From: Piedraia hortae CBS 480.64
Lineage: Eukaryota
Direction: 5' to 3'
Assembly: GCA_010093745.1 (NCBI GenBank)
Contig: MU006018.1
Span: 1-64,000 of the forward strand
DNA: 64,000 bases
Positions 47,190 to 60,167 of the stretch are shown piece after piece. Under the pieces are notes generated by a model. It searched no databases. It was not told the DNA's origin and saw nothing but the letters and a program-made list of their open reading frames with translations. Within the stretch, counting starts at the first letter, position 1, and each line of letters starts with the position of its first letter. The translations under genes were made by a program, and so were the position numbers.

Positions 47190-48626
47190 ATGCCAGACAG
47201 TTGTCTTCTTTCAGTAGCAGTGGATATCCTGGGTCAAAGTTATGCCATTGTACAGCAAATGCAACTGCAGTCAATGCGAGCCCCTTCGTTGGAACAGGGT
47301 TCGAGCAGCGAACTCTGGACATCATCATCTGGTGAGATTGGAAAACTGCGAACAAGCCTTCTTGGTCTCGTAGAGGACATGTCATTGCTGCTGATGGGCC
47401 CACATGATTATCAGCATGAGTATGTTTCAGTAAATTGGGATCATGGCGCTTTGTATGCTGCCTTGCGCTCAAAAATTATTGATTCAGTTGCTCAGAGTCC
47501 TGGCGGCAAGACCGTTGCGACGATATGCGGTGAAACAAACGTTCCTCAGGACAAGCTTTTGAGAATTCTACGATTGCTTTGCTGCAAGCATATTGTCAAG
47601 GAGGTCGAAGATGAAACTTTTGCTCCAACGGCGGTTTGTGAAGATCTTGTTAAAGATGACAACTTCAGATCATGGGTTGAATTCCAGTCTGTCATCTTAC
47701 ATCACGATTTGAAAGGTATTGCTGACTTATCTGTAGATTGTTCGAGACTAGAGTGGCGAGCGCCCATCTTGCTGACGCACTTTTGACTTTGCCGAATGAT
47801 TACAGTGATGGAAAGCCTGGATTTGACGTTGCGTACGGGTCCAGCATATATGAGTGGCATGAGAAACACCCAGAACACGGAATAAGGTTTTCGAAAGCTA
47901 TGCGTGGGGTATCGGCGTGTAAGATACAACTCAAAGAAGACCGTGGGACGCTTTCTGACAAGCACTTTACTAGCTCTCGATCCCGCAAATGACCTTTTCG
48001 ACAAGTGGTTTGCTTCTCATTCCAATAGCAAGCCCTTAAATGTCGAGATTGGGGGTCGATACGGATACGCTTCGAGCTATCTTGCGAGCAAGCATCCCGA
48101 GCTACGATTCGAAGTTCGCGCAACCTCTCGTCAACTGCTTGACAGAGCGCGAGACGGCCTAGAAGCCGATTGCAAGCAACGGGTGACCTTTAAGCATTCC
48201 GATGACGATCTGAGCCCTCAACCGGGTGAGGATGTCCAAAATGTAGCAACATACCTCGTGAGAAATGTTTTGTGGAATTGGTCAGACGACCATGCCGTGA
48301 AGCTCTTGCAAACATTCTTACCGATACTGGAAAACTCGCCCGAAACAGTCATACTCATATCTGACGGCATTTCACCTGCCATGAATGAGTTTCCCCGGCA
48401 GCAGGAGTTGGCGTACAGGCGTCGAGACATAACGACAATGACGATGCACAATGTAAAGCAAAGGACACAAAATGAGTGGCTTCAGCTGTTCAGAAGAGCG
48501 AGTCCACACCTGAAGGTAAAAATCGATACTTCAAATGCGTTTACTGATCTTTTGAAGGTTACCACCAAAACAGCTTCTTCATCACACGTTTTCAAGGGCC
48601 TATGGGAGCTTACATGGGAAGGTTGA
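47190..48626 (+). CDS. O-methyltransferase (Bik3-like)
   Basis: Dimerisation region LRILRLL, WVEFQLFETRVASAHLADAL, VEIGGRYG, RNVLWNWSDD and DITTMTMHNVKQRT. Introns 47687-47736, 47919-47973 and 48516-48557. Confidence 0.88.
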
Positions 48627-49206
48627 TCATGTAACTATTATGTTACTTGGCAACAGCTTCGTGATTTATGTGCATTTTTGCGTTTAAGTCTCGTCACGAT
48701 GCTCAAGAAGAGAAGGAAGAAGTAGAGAGTCCTCTTCGGTGAACCTTTGAACGCCGTCACCGTGAGATCGGGATGCAGAAAGTGCCCAGAGCTCTCTCGC
48801 CTCTCCCTCCTTCTAGGTCACCGCATCGGCCCAGAATCATTACACATACTCCAGCCAACGATGAGATATACCCATATCTCTGCGAATTGAACTTGGCAGA
48901 GTGAGACTAACGCGTTACAGTGGTGGAAGAACCACAAGTGCCCAAGTTGTCAAACGAAGTCCTGGCTATTCAGGCATCGTCGGCGCTGTGCGGGAGGCAG
49001 CCTGATGACAACACAACGTGCAGAGTGATCGGGGAGTCTGGGAAAGCTTCCATGCGTCTATAGGGCAGGACTGCTACGTACCTAGAATCGATTTGTGGCG
49101 GTCCCTGAAACTCGGCCGAATGCCTGAAAACCCGGATTCGGAGTGGGGCAGTGACGTTAGCATTTACCTTCGCTCTCCTGTTCGTTTGAACTGTCAATCT
49201 CGAACC

Positions 49207-50242
49207 ATGTCGTCGTCGAACCAAATTAAGAATGTAGCCGTCATTGGGGTAAGCAAATAATCAGCTTAGGTTACAAGCTCGTTCGGGTATTGACAGCACG
49301 TGGGCCGGCGGCAATAGCGGAACATATATGACAAAGGAGTTGCTCAAAACCGGCAAACATACCGTCACAGCTATTACCCGTGCGGGCTCCGACTCAAAAC
49401 TACCAGAAGGCATCCATCGAGTGGCCAAAGTCGATTATGCCAACCCGTCATCTCTGCTCGAGGCGCTGACGGGCCAAGATGCTCTGGTTATTACTCTGGG
49501 CACGTTTGTCCCTCCTGAAACCGACAAAAACATCATTGAGGCCGCTGTCAAGGCCAAGGTTCGCTTCATCCTGCCTAACGAGTGGGCCCCCGATACAGCC
49601 AATGAAGGCTTGAGAAAAGATGTGGGAGCTTTTGCCGGCAAGGAACCCATCCGCAAGAAGATCGAGGCTGAGGGCAAAGGCGTAACAAGCTACATTGCTG
49701 TAAGCACTGGCTTCTGGTTTGAATGGTCTCTGGCAATTCCAGCAGCTTTCGGGTTCGATTTTGATAAGAAAGCTGTTACCATGTTCGATGATGGCGAAAC
49801 TAAAATCAACACGTCGACCTGGCCGCAAGTTGGACGTGCGGTAGCCAAGCTATTGAGTTTGCCCATCCAGGCAGATGGTGATCCAAAAGCCTGCTTGGAC
49901 CATTACAAGAATAAGCAAGTCTATGTGTCTTCGTTCAACATTAGCCAGAAAGACATGCTCGCAGCCGCCATGCGCGTTACAAACACCAAAAAGGAAGACT
50001 GGAAAGTGTCGTATGAAAGCTCAAAGGAGCGATATGAGAATGGCGTAAATGCAATGAAGGAGGGCGACAATATGGGTTTCGTGCGGATGATGTACACCCG
50101 TGTCTTCTACAAGGACGACAGTGGCAACTTTGAAAAGACCAAAGGCACAATCAACAGTGTGCTTGGTTTGCCACAAGAGAACCTCGACGAAGCCACTGCA
50201 GAAGCAATCAAACGCTCGCAGGAGACCCAGTGGACTGGTTAG
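49207..50242 (+). CDS. NmrA / isoflavone-reductase-like (CipA-type) oxidoreductase
   Basis: IKNVAVIG|AGGNSG Rossmann motif split by intron 49249-49303 (acceptor reads GG), plus ILPNEW, FDDGETKINTSTWPQVGRAVA and MMYTRVFY. Confidence 0.8.
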
Positions 50243-50704
50243 AATGTGAAATTGTCTTTTGCCCTGCAAGTAACAATCTCATTGATAGACGCTTGCAGTA
50301 CGAAGCATACGAATTTTACCGTGATGCCCTCATGCAGAATGTTAATTTACTTGATTGAAGTTGTGTTTGACGTGTGAAGTTGAGTGTGGTTGAGTCACAG
50401 GTGTCAGGGATGCGGATGCATTCCGCGCAGTGGGGTACAAAAGGTGCCGGTCCCTTGTGCCCTCCACCTTAACACAACCTGGTGCAAGACTGCGCCAACC
50501 CAAAGAACTACAAAACCCTGTCGCACGGAGCTTCAAGACAATTGCAAGTCTTGGCCGTGTGTTTAGCCAACGATCCCGCAACTTCCGAGCCCGCGCCTTG
50601 TCTTCCGAGTCGATCCCGTCGGCGCAAGACAAGACACGGCCGCGGGGCTTCTGGCCTGTCCGCGCCATTACGCGCTCTGGCCTGACACCAGCCATATCGG
50701 CAAT

Positions 50705-52032
50705 ATGAGCAGAATGCTGGTGGTATGCCTGGCGACACTTGGCTGAGGCTGGTTCCGGCTAACGATGGTGATGGTGTAGGGAGATGTGTACGCCAAGATC
50801 ATCGAAGCTGTCGTTGAGGGATCCAAAAGCGATTTTGAGGAGCATGGCATTCGCTCGTCGACGCTGGAGGATCTGCAAAAGGTACATATGCAGTCGCCGA
50901 ACAGTCGGGCGGCTACTCCCGTTCCAAGTACACTGCTAACCGTTCATAGGGCTGGCAAATCCGGCTGACGCAGCGCGGAGTGGCCCACATGCCCTGGGAC
51001 CCAAAGCCTGCACCGGTTCCCGTACAGCAGACGCCGCTACCTCTGTCCACTACCCATGGCATGCCCAGCTATGGCTACCCGCCGCAGCAGGGAGGTGTGC
51101 GTGTAAAGGGCGAGCCGGGCTCTGAGCATGGCTACCTGTCCAATGGCTATGCTGCCGACTCGTCCGTGCTTCAGGGCAACGAATACCGTGCCCGTCAGCT
51201 GATGCAGGACTACGGTCAAACTGCCGTCAACGCTCAGCGTGCTGGCCTTGCTCTGCCTGGACAACGGCCGCAAGCTGTGCATCAAGCGGGTCAACAGACG
51301 CAACATGCTCACCATCCCCATTCACAGACTGCGCATCAGCTCCATGTGACTCAGCAGACATTGTATGCCCAGCAGCGGCGCCAGATGATGATGCAGCAGC
51401 AGCAAGCTGCTGCACAGACGCATCAGGCCCCGAGCCAGGCCCAGGCCCAATCTCAGTCTCGTGTTAAGGTGGAGCACCAAGTGCAGCCGCGCATCAAGCT
51501 GGAGAATGGCAGCTCGGCCTACGGGCAGACGGACGGCGCGCACGAGGGCCTTGACGAGTGGCGTAATTTAGTGGCCCAGCGTCGTGCCGCCCACGCAGCT
51601 AATGGTGAGCAGGCTGATGGCGCGATTCGCGACATGATCATGCAGTCTCGCTCAGACATGGAAAGTGGTCTGATGCTGCCGTTGGCTGGGGCTTCGCGCT
51701 GTCGCCTTTCACTGCGTGGCGCAGTACCCCAGATCAACGGTACCACCTTCATATCGCAGCTCGATGGCGTCCCGGAAGATGAACAAAAGGCTACTGCCGG
51801 AGTCAAAGTCTCGGATGATGAGGACTCCAGTGCCATCAATTCGGACCTTGACGATGAAGCTCTGGACCGTGTAAACGAGGATGAAGATGACATGTGCGAC
51901 ACGATTCTCTGCACTTATGACAAGGTGCAGCGTGTCAAAAACAAGTGGAAGTGCACGTTGAAGGACGGCGTTATGAACGTCGACAACCGCGAGTACGTAT
52001 TCCACAAGGCCACTGGCGAATTCGAATGGTAA
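50705..52032 (+). CDS. TOA1: Transcription factor IIA alpha/beta subunit
   Basis: VYAKIIEAV...DFEE N-terminus, a Q-rich linker, QLDG, INSDLDD and CTYDKVQRVKNKWKC...GEFEW. Introns 50723-50779 and 50882-50949. Confidence 0.95.
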
Positions 52033-52471
52033 GCAGTTTCACACGGAGTTTTGCCCTAAGCAAAAGGGATTTCCTCGGCGTAGCTCGTAGTGCTTCGCTG
52101 CAGTCAGTATGATGAATTTTGCCATGATAATTGACAAATAGGTACGTCTTTGATTCGCGGTAGCCCTTCTTATGATTGATACGCGTTGGCTCACTGTTCA
52201 CCGCATCTCCAAACACCTATAATGCTGTTGCGAGATGTATAAAGTGCTACATTACTTGATCGCAATGTGCCAATGCAGTTAACATGACTTGATGACATGG
52301 AATTCCTCATGGTGGCAACAAACACATCAACAGGCCAACAATGATGATGCGAGCAGGGCAAGGGAGAGGCAGAAGAACGCTAAGTAAGTGCTTACCATGA
52401 GATCAAACACAGTTTAAACATTTTCATCATTGTGTTCTTTCCCCCGCCTGAGCGGCAGTGACTACGGCCAT

Positions 52472-52890
52472 TTAATGCCCGACCTTCCCTCCATCAACGA
52501 TATTCTTCTCGCCCTGGCGTTCGGCACCCTCAGTTTCGATGATAGTGCCCTTTTCGAGCATCTGCTCAATAACCTTGTCTTGATTCTTGGTACCAAACTC
52601 ATTCTCCAGCAGCGAATCCGATGCCGCGTCCAGAACGCCCTGATTGCCTTGCCTATCATGGGAAATCAGTAAGAGTTCTGAATGGGTTGAAAAGGAACCA
52701 CACAAATGGTACAGGGTCAGACATACTTGTGTGTGCAGAAGATCTTGAACCCGCGTACAACCTGAGCCATGGGCGTGCTGCGGTCCTTCCTCCAGGCCTT
52801 CACGGCTTCGCCGCTCTCGACGAGAATGACAAAGTCATCGGCTTCGCCCTTCCAGTGAACCTTGGTGATGTTGCTCTTTCCACGCGTCAT
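52472..52890 (-). CDS. SBDS/SDO1 N-terminal-domain protein (Rtc3/YHR087W-like)
   Basis: MTRG...KVHWKGEADDFVILVES...FKIFCTHKQGNQGVLDAASDSLLENEFGT. Intron 52653-52726. Confidence 0.85.
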
Positions 52891-53050
52891 GTTTTCTTGA
52901 TGTAGGACTTTGTGCGGTGACGAGGGTGAAGTAACAAAGCGCTCGCTGTCGTCATTGTTTGCGGGGTGACCCCGCCGACCAGGGTGTCAGATCAGATGAT
53001 TAACAATACTTTATCAACAGGCCCACTGAGGCCTTGGCCACTCATGAGGG

Positions 53051-54513
53051 TTAACCATTAGCGTCTGCAATTATTATATCACCATCCTTGTCCTTTTCAA
53101 TTGTGCTCTCTTCCTTGACATGCTCCTCATTTGCCGTACTTTCCCTGCCGTGGGCATTTGATTTTGTTCGGCTTTCCTTTTCATCGGCGTCCAACTCTGG
53201 TGATTTAAGTCTGCCAACAGCAGCTTCGAGATCGATGGGACCTACAGATTTCTGAGGGCCTAGATCTGCTACACCAATGACTTCGGGGCCCCTTGCATGT
53301 GGTATGTCTTCTGCATCATGAGGCACTTCAGAGTCTACCATGACACTGTCTCCTCCCGCAATACCCCCGACGTCAGCGCCAGCCAGTGGTCTCCGAGACA
53401 GAGTCTGTGAAAGAGGAACTACACCCACCTCTTGCTCTTGCCTCAGCAGCTCACCCTGGCTAACGCCACCTTCGCGACGGAGTCTTTCGTCTATGGACTC
53501 TGAGCTTGACGAGCTTGCGTCAGATTGCTCAGACAACGTTGGTGAGACTGGAGTGGAGTTTGACTGCAGTTGCTGCGACTGAGAGGCGTTGGAAGGGGAT
53601 TGGATCCCGTTGACAGTCACAGTTACCGTCTCGATACTTCCAGTCCCTCGTGGGCCCTCAATCGTATCCTTCCTTTCGCTGTGAAGCTCGCCCTCGGATG
53701 GTGCCGGCTCCAACCCTGAGCGGCGGAGCCAAGGGATTGGAGTGAGGAGAGCCCCGCCGAGGTTCTCATCATAATTGGACGTCTCGCTTACTCCATTAGT
53801 GCCGTGTGTGGCAGAATCTGAAGACTGGGATGGGAAGTCGTGCGCGCCTGAGGTCACTGTAACCACTCGGTCCAAGGCGCGAAGATAGGCTGGTAAAAAG
53901 CGATGATGCTGTTTGGGGTGCAAGACAAGCTCAGCCAATCGTTGAATTGTATGCGGGGGATATTGGGCAAAATCACGCTCCAGTGTTTGACGGCATGTCT
54001 TGTAAAGCTCTAGGAGATCTTGAGGGAACTCGAGCCCATTCGTGAAAGGCGACGCACCTGCAGTCACGTTTGGGGCCTGGTTTTCCCGTTCACTGCTTGG
54101 AGGTGACTCGTTTTCCTGTTGGCTATTGGTGGGAGGATCGTCCTCTTTGCAGTTGCTTTCCGGGATAGTATTACTTGATGAGAAACCGTTCTCCCCGTTT
54201 TTGCTTGGCGAGGTGCGGCGTGTCTGGTCACTGTTGGGTGATACATCGTTCTTGTCGCCATCAGCAGCTCGCGGTGGCGTCGATGCCGGTACCTCTACTC
54301 GTGAAGGTAAAGGTGGAGGTGCCATTGATCTTGGCATCGCCTTCGGCAACGGAAAAGCATGGCGGAAGATGTCATCTAAACGGTCCAGAATGAATGCCAA
54401 TGTGCGAGGCCATTCAGATCTGAGGATATCAGCGGACATACATGGCACAAAGAAGGAGTCTACATTTCAAAAGAGCCATCGGTAGCGGCACGAGTGAGAA
54501 TTTCATCGGCCAT
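53051..54513 (-). CDS. Protein phosphatase 4 regulatory subunit 2 (PPP4R2/Psy4)-like
   Basis: FAQYPPHTIQRLAELVLHP...YLRALDRVV and LGGALLTPIPWL. Intron 54420-54463. Confidence 0.85.
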
Positions 54514-54813
54514 GTCGCGTGGATATAATTGGGACATGATCGTGACAGCGGATGCGGTGATGGACGGTGATGTCATTTCGCGGCCCGCTCCGCGTGGAAC
54601 TCTTGCATGAATCATGCGGGAGCTCCACACATCTCGCGGCATGACGCGGGGTACTCTAACCTCATAGTTACACAGAAACAAGTTTGCGTTTGTGGCTAAG
54701 ATTGGTGGTAGATAACCTTTGAATTTCGTATCGAGAGCATCTTGCGTCTGTCAGATTCAGACGGATTCATCGCGTCTAAAGCTGAGCAGGTAACCGCCTG
54801 CGCCACGCTAGTT

Positions 54814-56581
54814 CTACTGCAGGAAATCCTTGTGAATGTTAATCAGCGCAGCTGATCCGTTGCCTTTTTGTGCCAATTTAGTCAACAAAACATCGGTCTC
54901 TGCGCACAGTCGTTCTAAATTTGATAGGGGTTGATCACGCTGGGAGACTTATCCCATTAGCATTGCCGGCAAAACGAGAAAGGGAAACTTACCAAGTATG
55001 GCCATGTTGACCTTATCAGCAATCTGCTCCCGTAGCTTTGGATCCAGAAGATGCGCTCCCGGGCTAGTGGTGGGATCCGGATATGCTACAAATGCGTAGA
55101 GGTCATTCAGCTCCTTCTTGCGTTCCGGTCGAGGATCGCCGCCAAATTCTGCTTGCAACTCTTGTCCATATTTGACAGCAGCGCTAAGCACGTCTTCACC
55201 GCTCGTGGGAACAACTGTTTTGGTATTTCTTCCTTTTAAAGCCCGACCGCTGGTCATATCAACATCCATTGCGTCAGCCACATCAAACTTTGACTGTGAG
55301 TGTTGCCGGATCATCTCTATGAATTTGCGACATTTGAGACTGAATACTGTGTCGCGATGACGTGGATCCATCAAGACATTGGAGTACAGCGCTTTCAAAC
55401 TCCTGAGAGCTTGGTCAATGTCGCCATTCAAGATTGCCTCGCGGATGCGTCGCCGATTAATGGCGTGGACATTATCGGTGGCTTGATTCAGGTCCTGCTT
55501 CGGGTAACGGTTGAGGGCCTGGGTAACAAATACTTTTGCCGTTTCAGCACATCCTTCCCGCACGAGGTGGTGCAAGATGAGCTGATTTGCTTGCTCAACG
55601 ATATCAGTTGGGAGATCGGTCTGACAGATCTCCTTCGAAACTTCCTCCCGCTCCTGCGTCATTAAACGGTCAATGTCGAAAGCGAACGGACGCTGGCCGA
55701 AATTGGCTCGTATGCGTTCGCCGTTCTTTTTCATGCCCAACGAAGGGTACAGTAGGTGAGAACCAGCGAATCTGTTGATCCCGGTAAATGCAGTTCCTAC
55801 AACTGTCAGGCCGCAACGTGATTGTAATGAGGAAAGGATATTCACCTAGATCACAGCCATTTCGGGTGAAGAAGCAGGTGTCATTGCGAAAGTTGATGCC
55901 GCACCCAATCACGTCAGCGCCCGTAAAACGCGGTCCATATGGTTTGCCAAGTGCTTCACCGCTGTCGCCGTGATAGGTCCACGATTCACCTTCCCACACC
56001 GACATTCGAGTCATTTTCCTAGCTGCAAAGCCAATCTCTATTGGGGCATCTTTGTGCCGTGAGAGTACCATAATCTCGTAATAGTACAGACCGCACTCCC
56101 TGGGTATGGGATGGTCTGTACGGATGGTAGCTGTCTCCCTCGTCGTGGAGTTTTGCGGTCCGTTGTAGCGAACTTCGCAGTAATCACCATCACCAATCAC
56201 AATGATTCCAGGTTGCTTATCACTTGGGTTCCATGCTGACGGTAGGAGACAGAAACCATCTTCGAACTCTGATTTTGGTTGAAATTGCCTGATTGAAGAT
56301 GAGACCGACGTTCGACCTTCCCGGTGTGCGACTAATCGCTCTTCATGGCCCTTACGCATTCGTTCCACGATTCTAGATTGTTCCAGGTAAGTCGGTACGA
56401 AGAAGACTGGGGGATCCTGAGGAACGTGTTGGGTCCTAAGAGCATCCCATGACACTGGTCTTAACGGCCCACTGCTGCCACTTTTACTCAGTCGGCGGAG
56501 CCCAAAGGTCTGTTGTGGACTTGTCTGTTGCTGCCGTATTCTTGAGGCATTTGGGGGTTCGAATGGCACATTTCCCGCCAT
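54814..56581 (-). CDS. RanBP9/10-like SPRY-LisH-CTLH-CRA protein (GID/CTLH E3 ligase subunit)
   Basis: SPRY (YYYEI, WTYHGDSG, YGPRF, DVIGCGIN, ANFGQRPFAFDI), LisH (LILHHLVREGCAETA) and CTLH (IREAILNGDID, LKCRKFIEMI). Introns 55797-55845 and 54948-54992. Confidence 0.88.
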
Positions 56582-57139
56582 TTGTAGATTGCAAGGTTGA
56601 TGGGTTCAAGAGAGTTTGGAATTCGCGCACAACGGCATGTTTGGAAACAATCAGTCACGCACACTTTTTCCCCAATCGTTGGCTATCGATGAGGAAGGAG
56701 TGGTCGAAGTAGCAGCCGAGGGGATAATCCTAACCCTATGATATCACTTAGATACAACTTGGGAGGATGGATGATGGACGACCAGTACTATAGCCGATAT
56801 TGTTACCAGTCCAGTTGGCGTGCTGGCCAGCTTGTCTCCTAAATCTTCCTGTACTCTTGCTGATCTTGGCTGCTGCCCAAAATCAGCAATTCGTGGAACC
56901 TGACACTTGAGTGCAGTTAACACATCCATGGCCCAGTTGTTGTCGACTACGTATTACGCGGACATGTAGTAGAAAGAATGTAGAACTTATACTTGTATCT
57001 ATTTGATATCAATCACAAATAATAGGGTCTAACATGGCTGGATGTAACTCGGTGCGTAGGTGGATGATTATGCTATATCCAAATGCAAAACGCCGATAAG
57101 CCTTTCTATTATACACGATTATGTCGCAGGAACAAACGC

Positions 57140-57802
57140 TCAAGTCACCTGGATGCTGGGCGGAGGAGCCGGGGAGCTCTCAATGACATTGGTCGGACCC
57201 GGCTCAACGTGGTCAACATGGCTGATGCTGGGCTCGCTGGCCATTGCGCTGCTCGCTTGGGGTTTGATATCGCTTGAGCTGGGGCTGCCGCTCTTCCCGT
57301 CCACAATTTCCCGTGGAGTTCCTTTCCACGAAGGCAGTCCCCATATGTTGCCGGTAAAAGACCTAATCTGCAGCGGCTTGCGTTGCCAGCGTCGACACGG
57401 CTTCCCAGAGCGATCCAACGCGCGTAGGTTTGCGTTGATGTTGCCCGTGTTTGCCTTGGGACCCAGGCGGTGGGAAGAGGTGCCATTGGGCTTGGAGCCG
57501 GAGCCGTCGTCCAGTCGCGCCTTTTTCTTTGGGCCCGGTCGCGCTCGCTCCTTCATTGGCTTATTGGGGTCGATCGACGGTGGCGCGCGCTTCTTCGCGC
57601 TGGACTGGCCCGTCTTCCTGACCTTGGGCGGCGCGAGCGAAGACTTGGACGGCGTGCTGCCCGCGTTTTGCTCCAGCGACTTGTCAGCAGAAGCGTCCAA
57701 AGACGGGCAAGGCGGGCTGTTGGCAACGCCGTGTAGGGTTGCCGGGGCGAGCCGTAGGATGACCATTCGGGACGCTTTGGCGGTCTTTGGGGGCGAGGCC
57801 AT
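57140..57802 (-). CDS. IES4: INO80 complex subunit Ies4-like
   Basis: PGPKKKARL and HRLGPKANTGNINANLRALDRSGKPCRRWQRKPLQIRSFTG. Confidence 0.8.
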   Translation of the reverse strand: MASPPKTAKASRMVILRLAPATLHGVANSPPCPSLDASADKSLEQNAGSTPSKSSLAPPKVRKTGQSSAKKRAPPSIDPNKPMKERARPGPKKKARLDDGSGSKPNGTSSHRLGPKANTGNINANLRALDRSGKPCRRWQRKPLQIRSFTGNIWGLPSWKGTPREIVDGKSGSPSSSDIKPQASSAMASEPSISHVDHVEPGPTNVIESSPAPPPSIQVT

Positions 57803-58818
57803 ACTGGATAGTAGTGATGGAGACAGAGGCAGGGGCAGAGGCAGCAGTAGCGGTGGCTGGTGTTGTGGAGGGCGATGGTGGTAATGGTATTAGGAGCGAT
57901 GGAGTGTGGTGTAGGGGGCGGACAGGGAAGCGCAAAGTGTGAGGGGAATTAGAGGCGGCATGGCGCAGAGTGGGATCGCGCCCAAAGGACTCGTCACACG
58001 CGTTTGGGACGTTGGACGCTTTTTGCTTTGTCACCCGCCGTCTCCGGGGGGCTTGGCGGCTCCACCCTCTGCTGAATGCCTGTACTTCGCTATGAACGTC
58101 TACTATAGTTGATTATCGTCTCCGTATAGCTACGTACCTTCTCTTGTAAGCCCATGGTCCGCGTAGCCGACAGCCTTGCAACCCAGTTTGGACGGTTGTT
58201 CAATCAAGCAAGGTTCGGGGATCAAGATATTTCTGTCACACCTTCTCCTAGCGACATGTGGTTGGAAACTGAACTGACTCTTCGGACAAGACAGCCTCTC
58301 CAGGGTGGCAATGCATTATGTATCACATTTTGGCAATTAGCACAGCCCAATCGAAGCTTTACTGCGTTTGAAAGGGCTTGCTGGTGTATTCGCTCCTCGG
58401 CATCGATAACCCAAAAGCCCAATCTCGGCTTACAACGCACAGAAGGGCTTACCAACAGAAAATGGCTCTATGTACCTAGTCATATCACTGTACAAGTAGA
58501 ATATGGCTCTGGAGTCATTGAAGGGGATCTCATCCCTCCGCAGTCACACCGAACATGGCTGGGGCAACTCCTACCTAGGATAAAGGTACATCTCACCCCT
58601 ACACCTATTCCCACAGTCTATCATACGCGACCCGAGACTATTTGACGCGTCCTCTGAGGATTTTGATGCGTAGTGGCTGGTGCTGTCAAAGGTCCGACCT
58701 CCAAACCCACTCAACTAAGTAAGGTCGGAGGAATGTAAGTCATTTTTGTCACTGCCTGTCCGTAGACCTTTGGATCATATTATCATGGTCTGCCGACGGC
58801 TTCGATATTCCCATCGGG

Positions 58819-60167
58819 ATGAGGATGCACACTTTCGCGTTTTCTGCAGCATATCTCTTGCTCATACCCTCGTCGCTTGCTCTGCCCCATGTTTACAGAC
58901 ACCTCGAAAAGCACAGAAACATCCAAAGGCAGGCAACTCCGGCCATCTCAGGAACCCCATCAGCTTCCGCAGTTTCAACCTTTGACTACGAATATGTCAA
59001 TGGCCTGGAGCATGAATTCTATCGATTGTCGCCGAAAATTTCCGCTCTTTCTACGTCCCTAGCCGGTTCTTTGCAGCATACGTCTACCACAAGCTTGCCA
59101 CAAACCACATTAATAGTTACTCCTACAACTTCCAGCTTGATCAATGCCTTCCCCTCGACTATGGGCCCCATTGCTCCGGGAGCAGCCACTAGTACCCCCA
59201 CAAGTACCTCCGCCAATGGAGAGCAGCCGACAGGAAGCTACACCTTCAATGCCAGTTCCAATCAGAACCTTGATGTCTATTACGATGCATCTTCAGCTAC
59301 TAAATCAGATGGCTTGCTGACCTTGTGTGAGAATCCAAACGTTGGCATTGTCGTGCTTGCCTTTCTCAATCAGTTCGTTGCTGAGATGGGGTACCCAAGG
59401 CTCGAACTTGGCAATGCTTGCAACGCGCCAAACGCTGCTCAGAGAGTACAAGCACCGGGGCTCAGGGGCTGTATGTAGTTCCGTTGCCGCACAGATACAA
59501 AATTGCCAGGCCATGGGGAAGAATGCACTGCTCAGCCTTGGAGGTTACAATGTTCATACATCGTGGATTCTCAGGCATAGAAATTCGCCGACACGCTCTG
59601 GCGCCCCTTCGGCCCTTCTGGCAATGACGAACTGACAGCAATTCGACCATTCGAATCAATCTCACTGGATGGCTTCGACTTGAACAATGAAAGCAAAGAC
59701 ACGACAGGATACGTGACTCTTGCTACCAGGCTTCGCTCGCTTTTCGACCGAGACTCGAACAAGACGTACTGCCTCTCATGTGCACCACAATTCCCCATTC
59801 CCGACTTATCAATTCCGCTGCAGGTGTTGAAATTGTCAGACTTTGTTTGGGTGCAATTTTACGATAACCCCATGTGCAATCTCGGCACATCAAGCTTTGT
59901 TAGCCAGGCCAGTGCACGGTCGAATCTTTCGAGAAATAATTCCGATCTTGGTCGACCTAAACTGTAGATTTAGGCTGAAGTGGTCAACGCTGGCAGTGGC
60001 TACATCTCTGATTCTGAGTTGCTGAGCAATTTGACAGAAGCACAGTCGCGTCTTCCTAACTATGCGCTTGGGGGGGTGTCATGTTATGGGATGGCGGCGA
60101 GGCGCTGGCTAACGTTGATGAGAAGGGAATGAATTACTTGCAGTTTGCTAGGCAAGCGGTTTCATAA
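58819..60167 (+). pseudogene. GH18 class III chitinase pseudogene
   Basis: Signal peptide and S/T-rich region, then VVLAFL, LLSLGG, IRPF..LDGFDLNNE, LSCAPQ, VWVQFYDN and MLWDG, interrupted by frameshifts (near 59470, 59570 and 60080) and in-frame TAG stops (59578, about 59965-59973). Confidence 0.85.

Noticed and set aside
57060..57884. 274-aa plus-strand ORF
   Set aside because: Antisense shadow of the IES4-like gene.
58154..58645. 163-aa ATG-initiated orphan ORF
   Set aside because: No recognisable motif or evident codon bias; cannot be supported without expression data.
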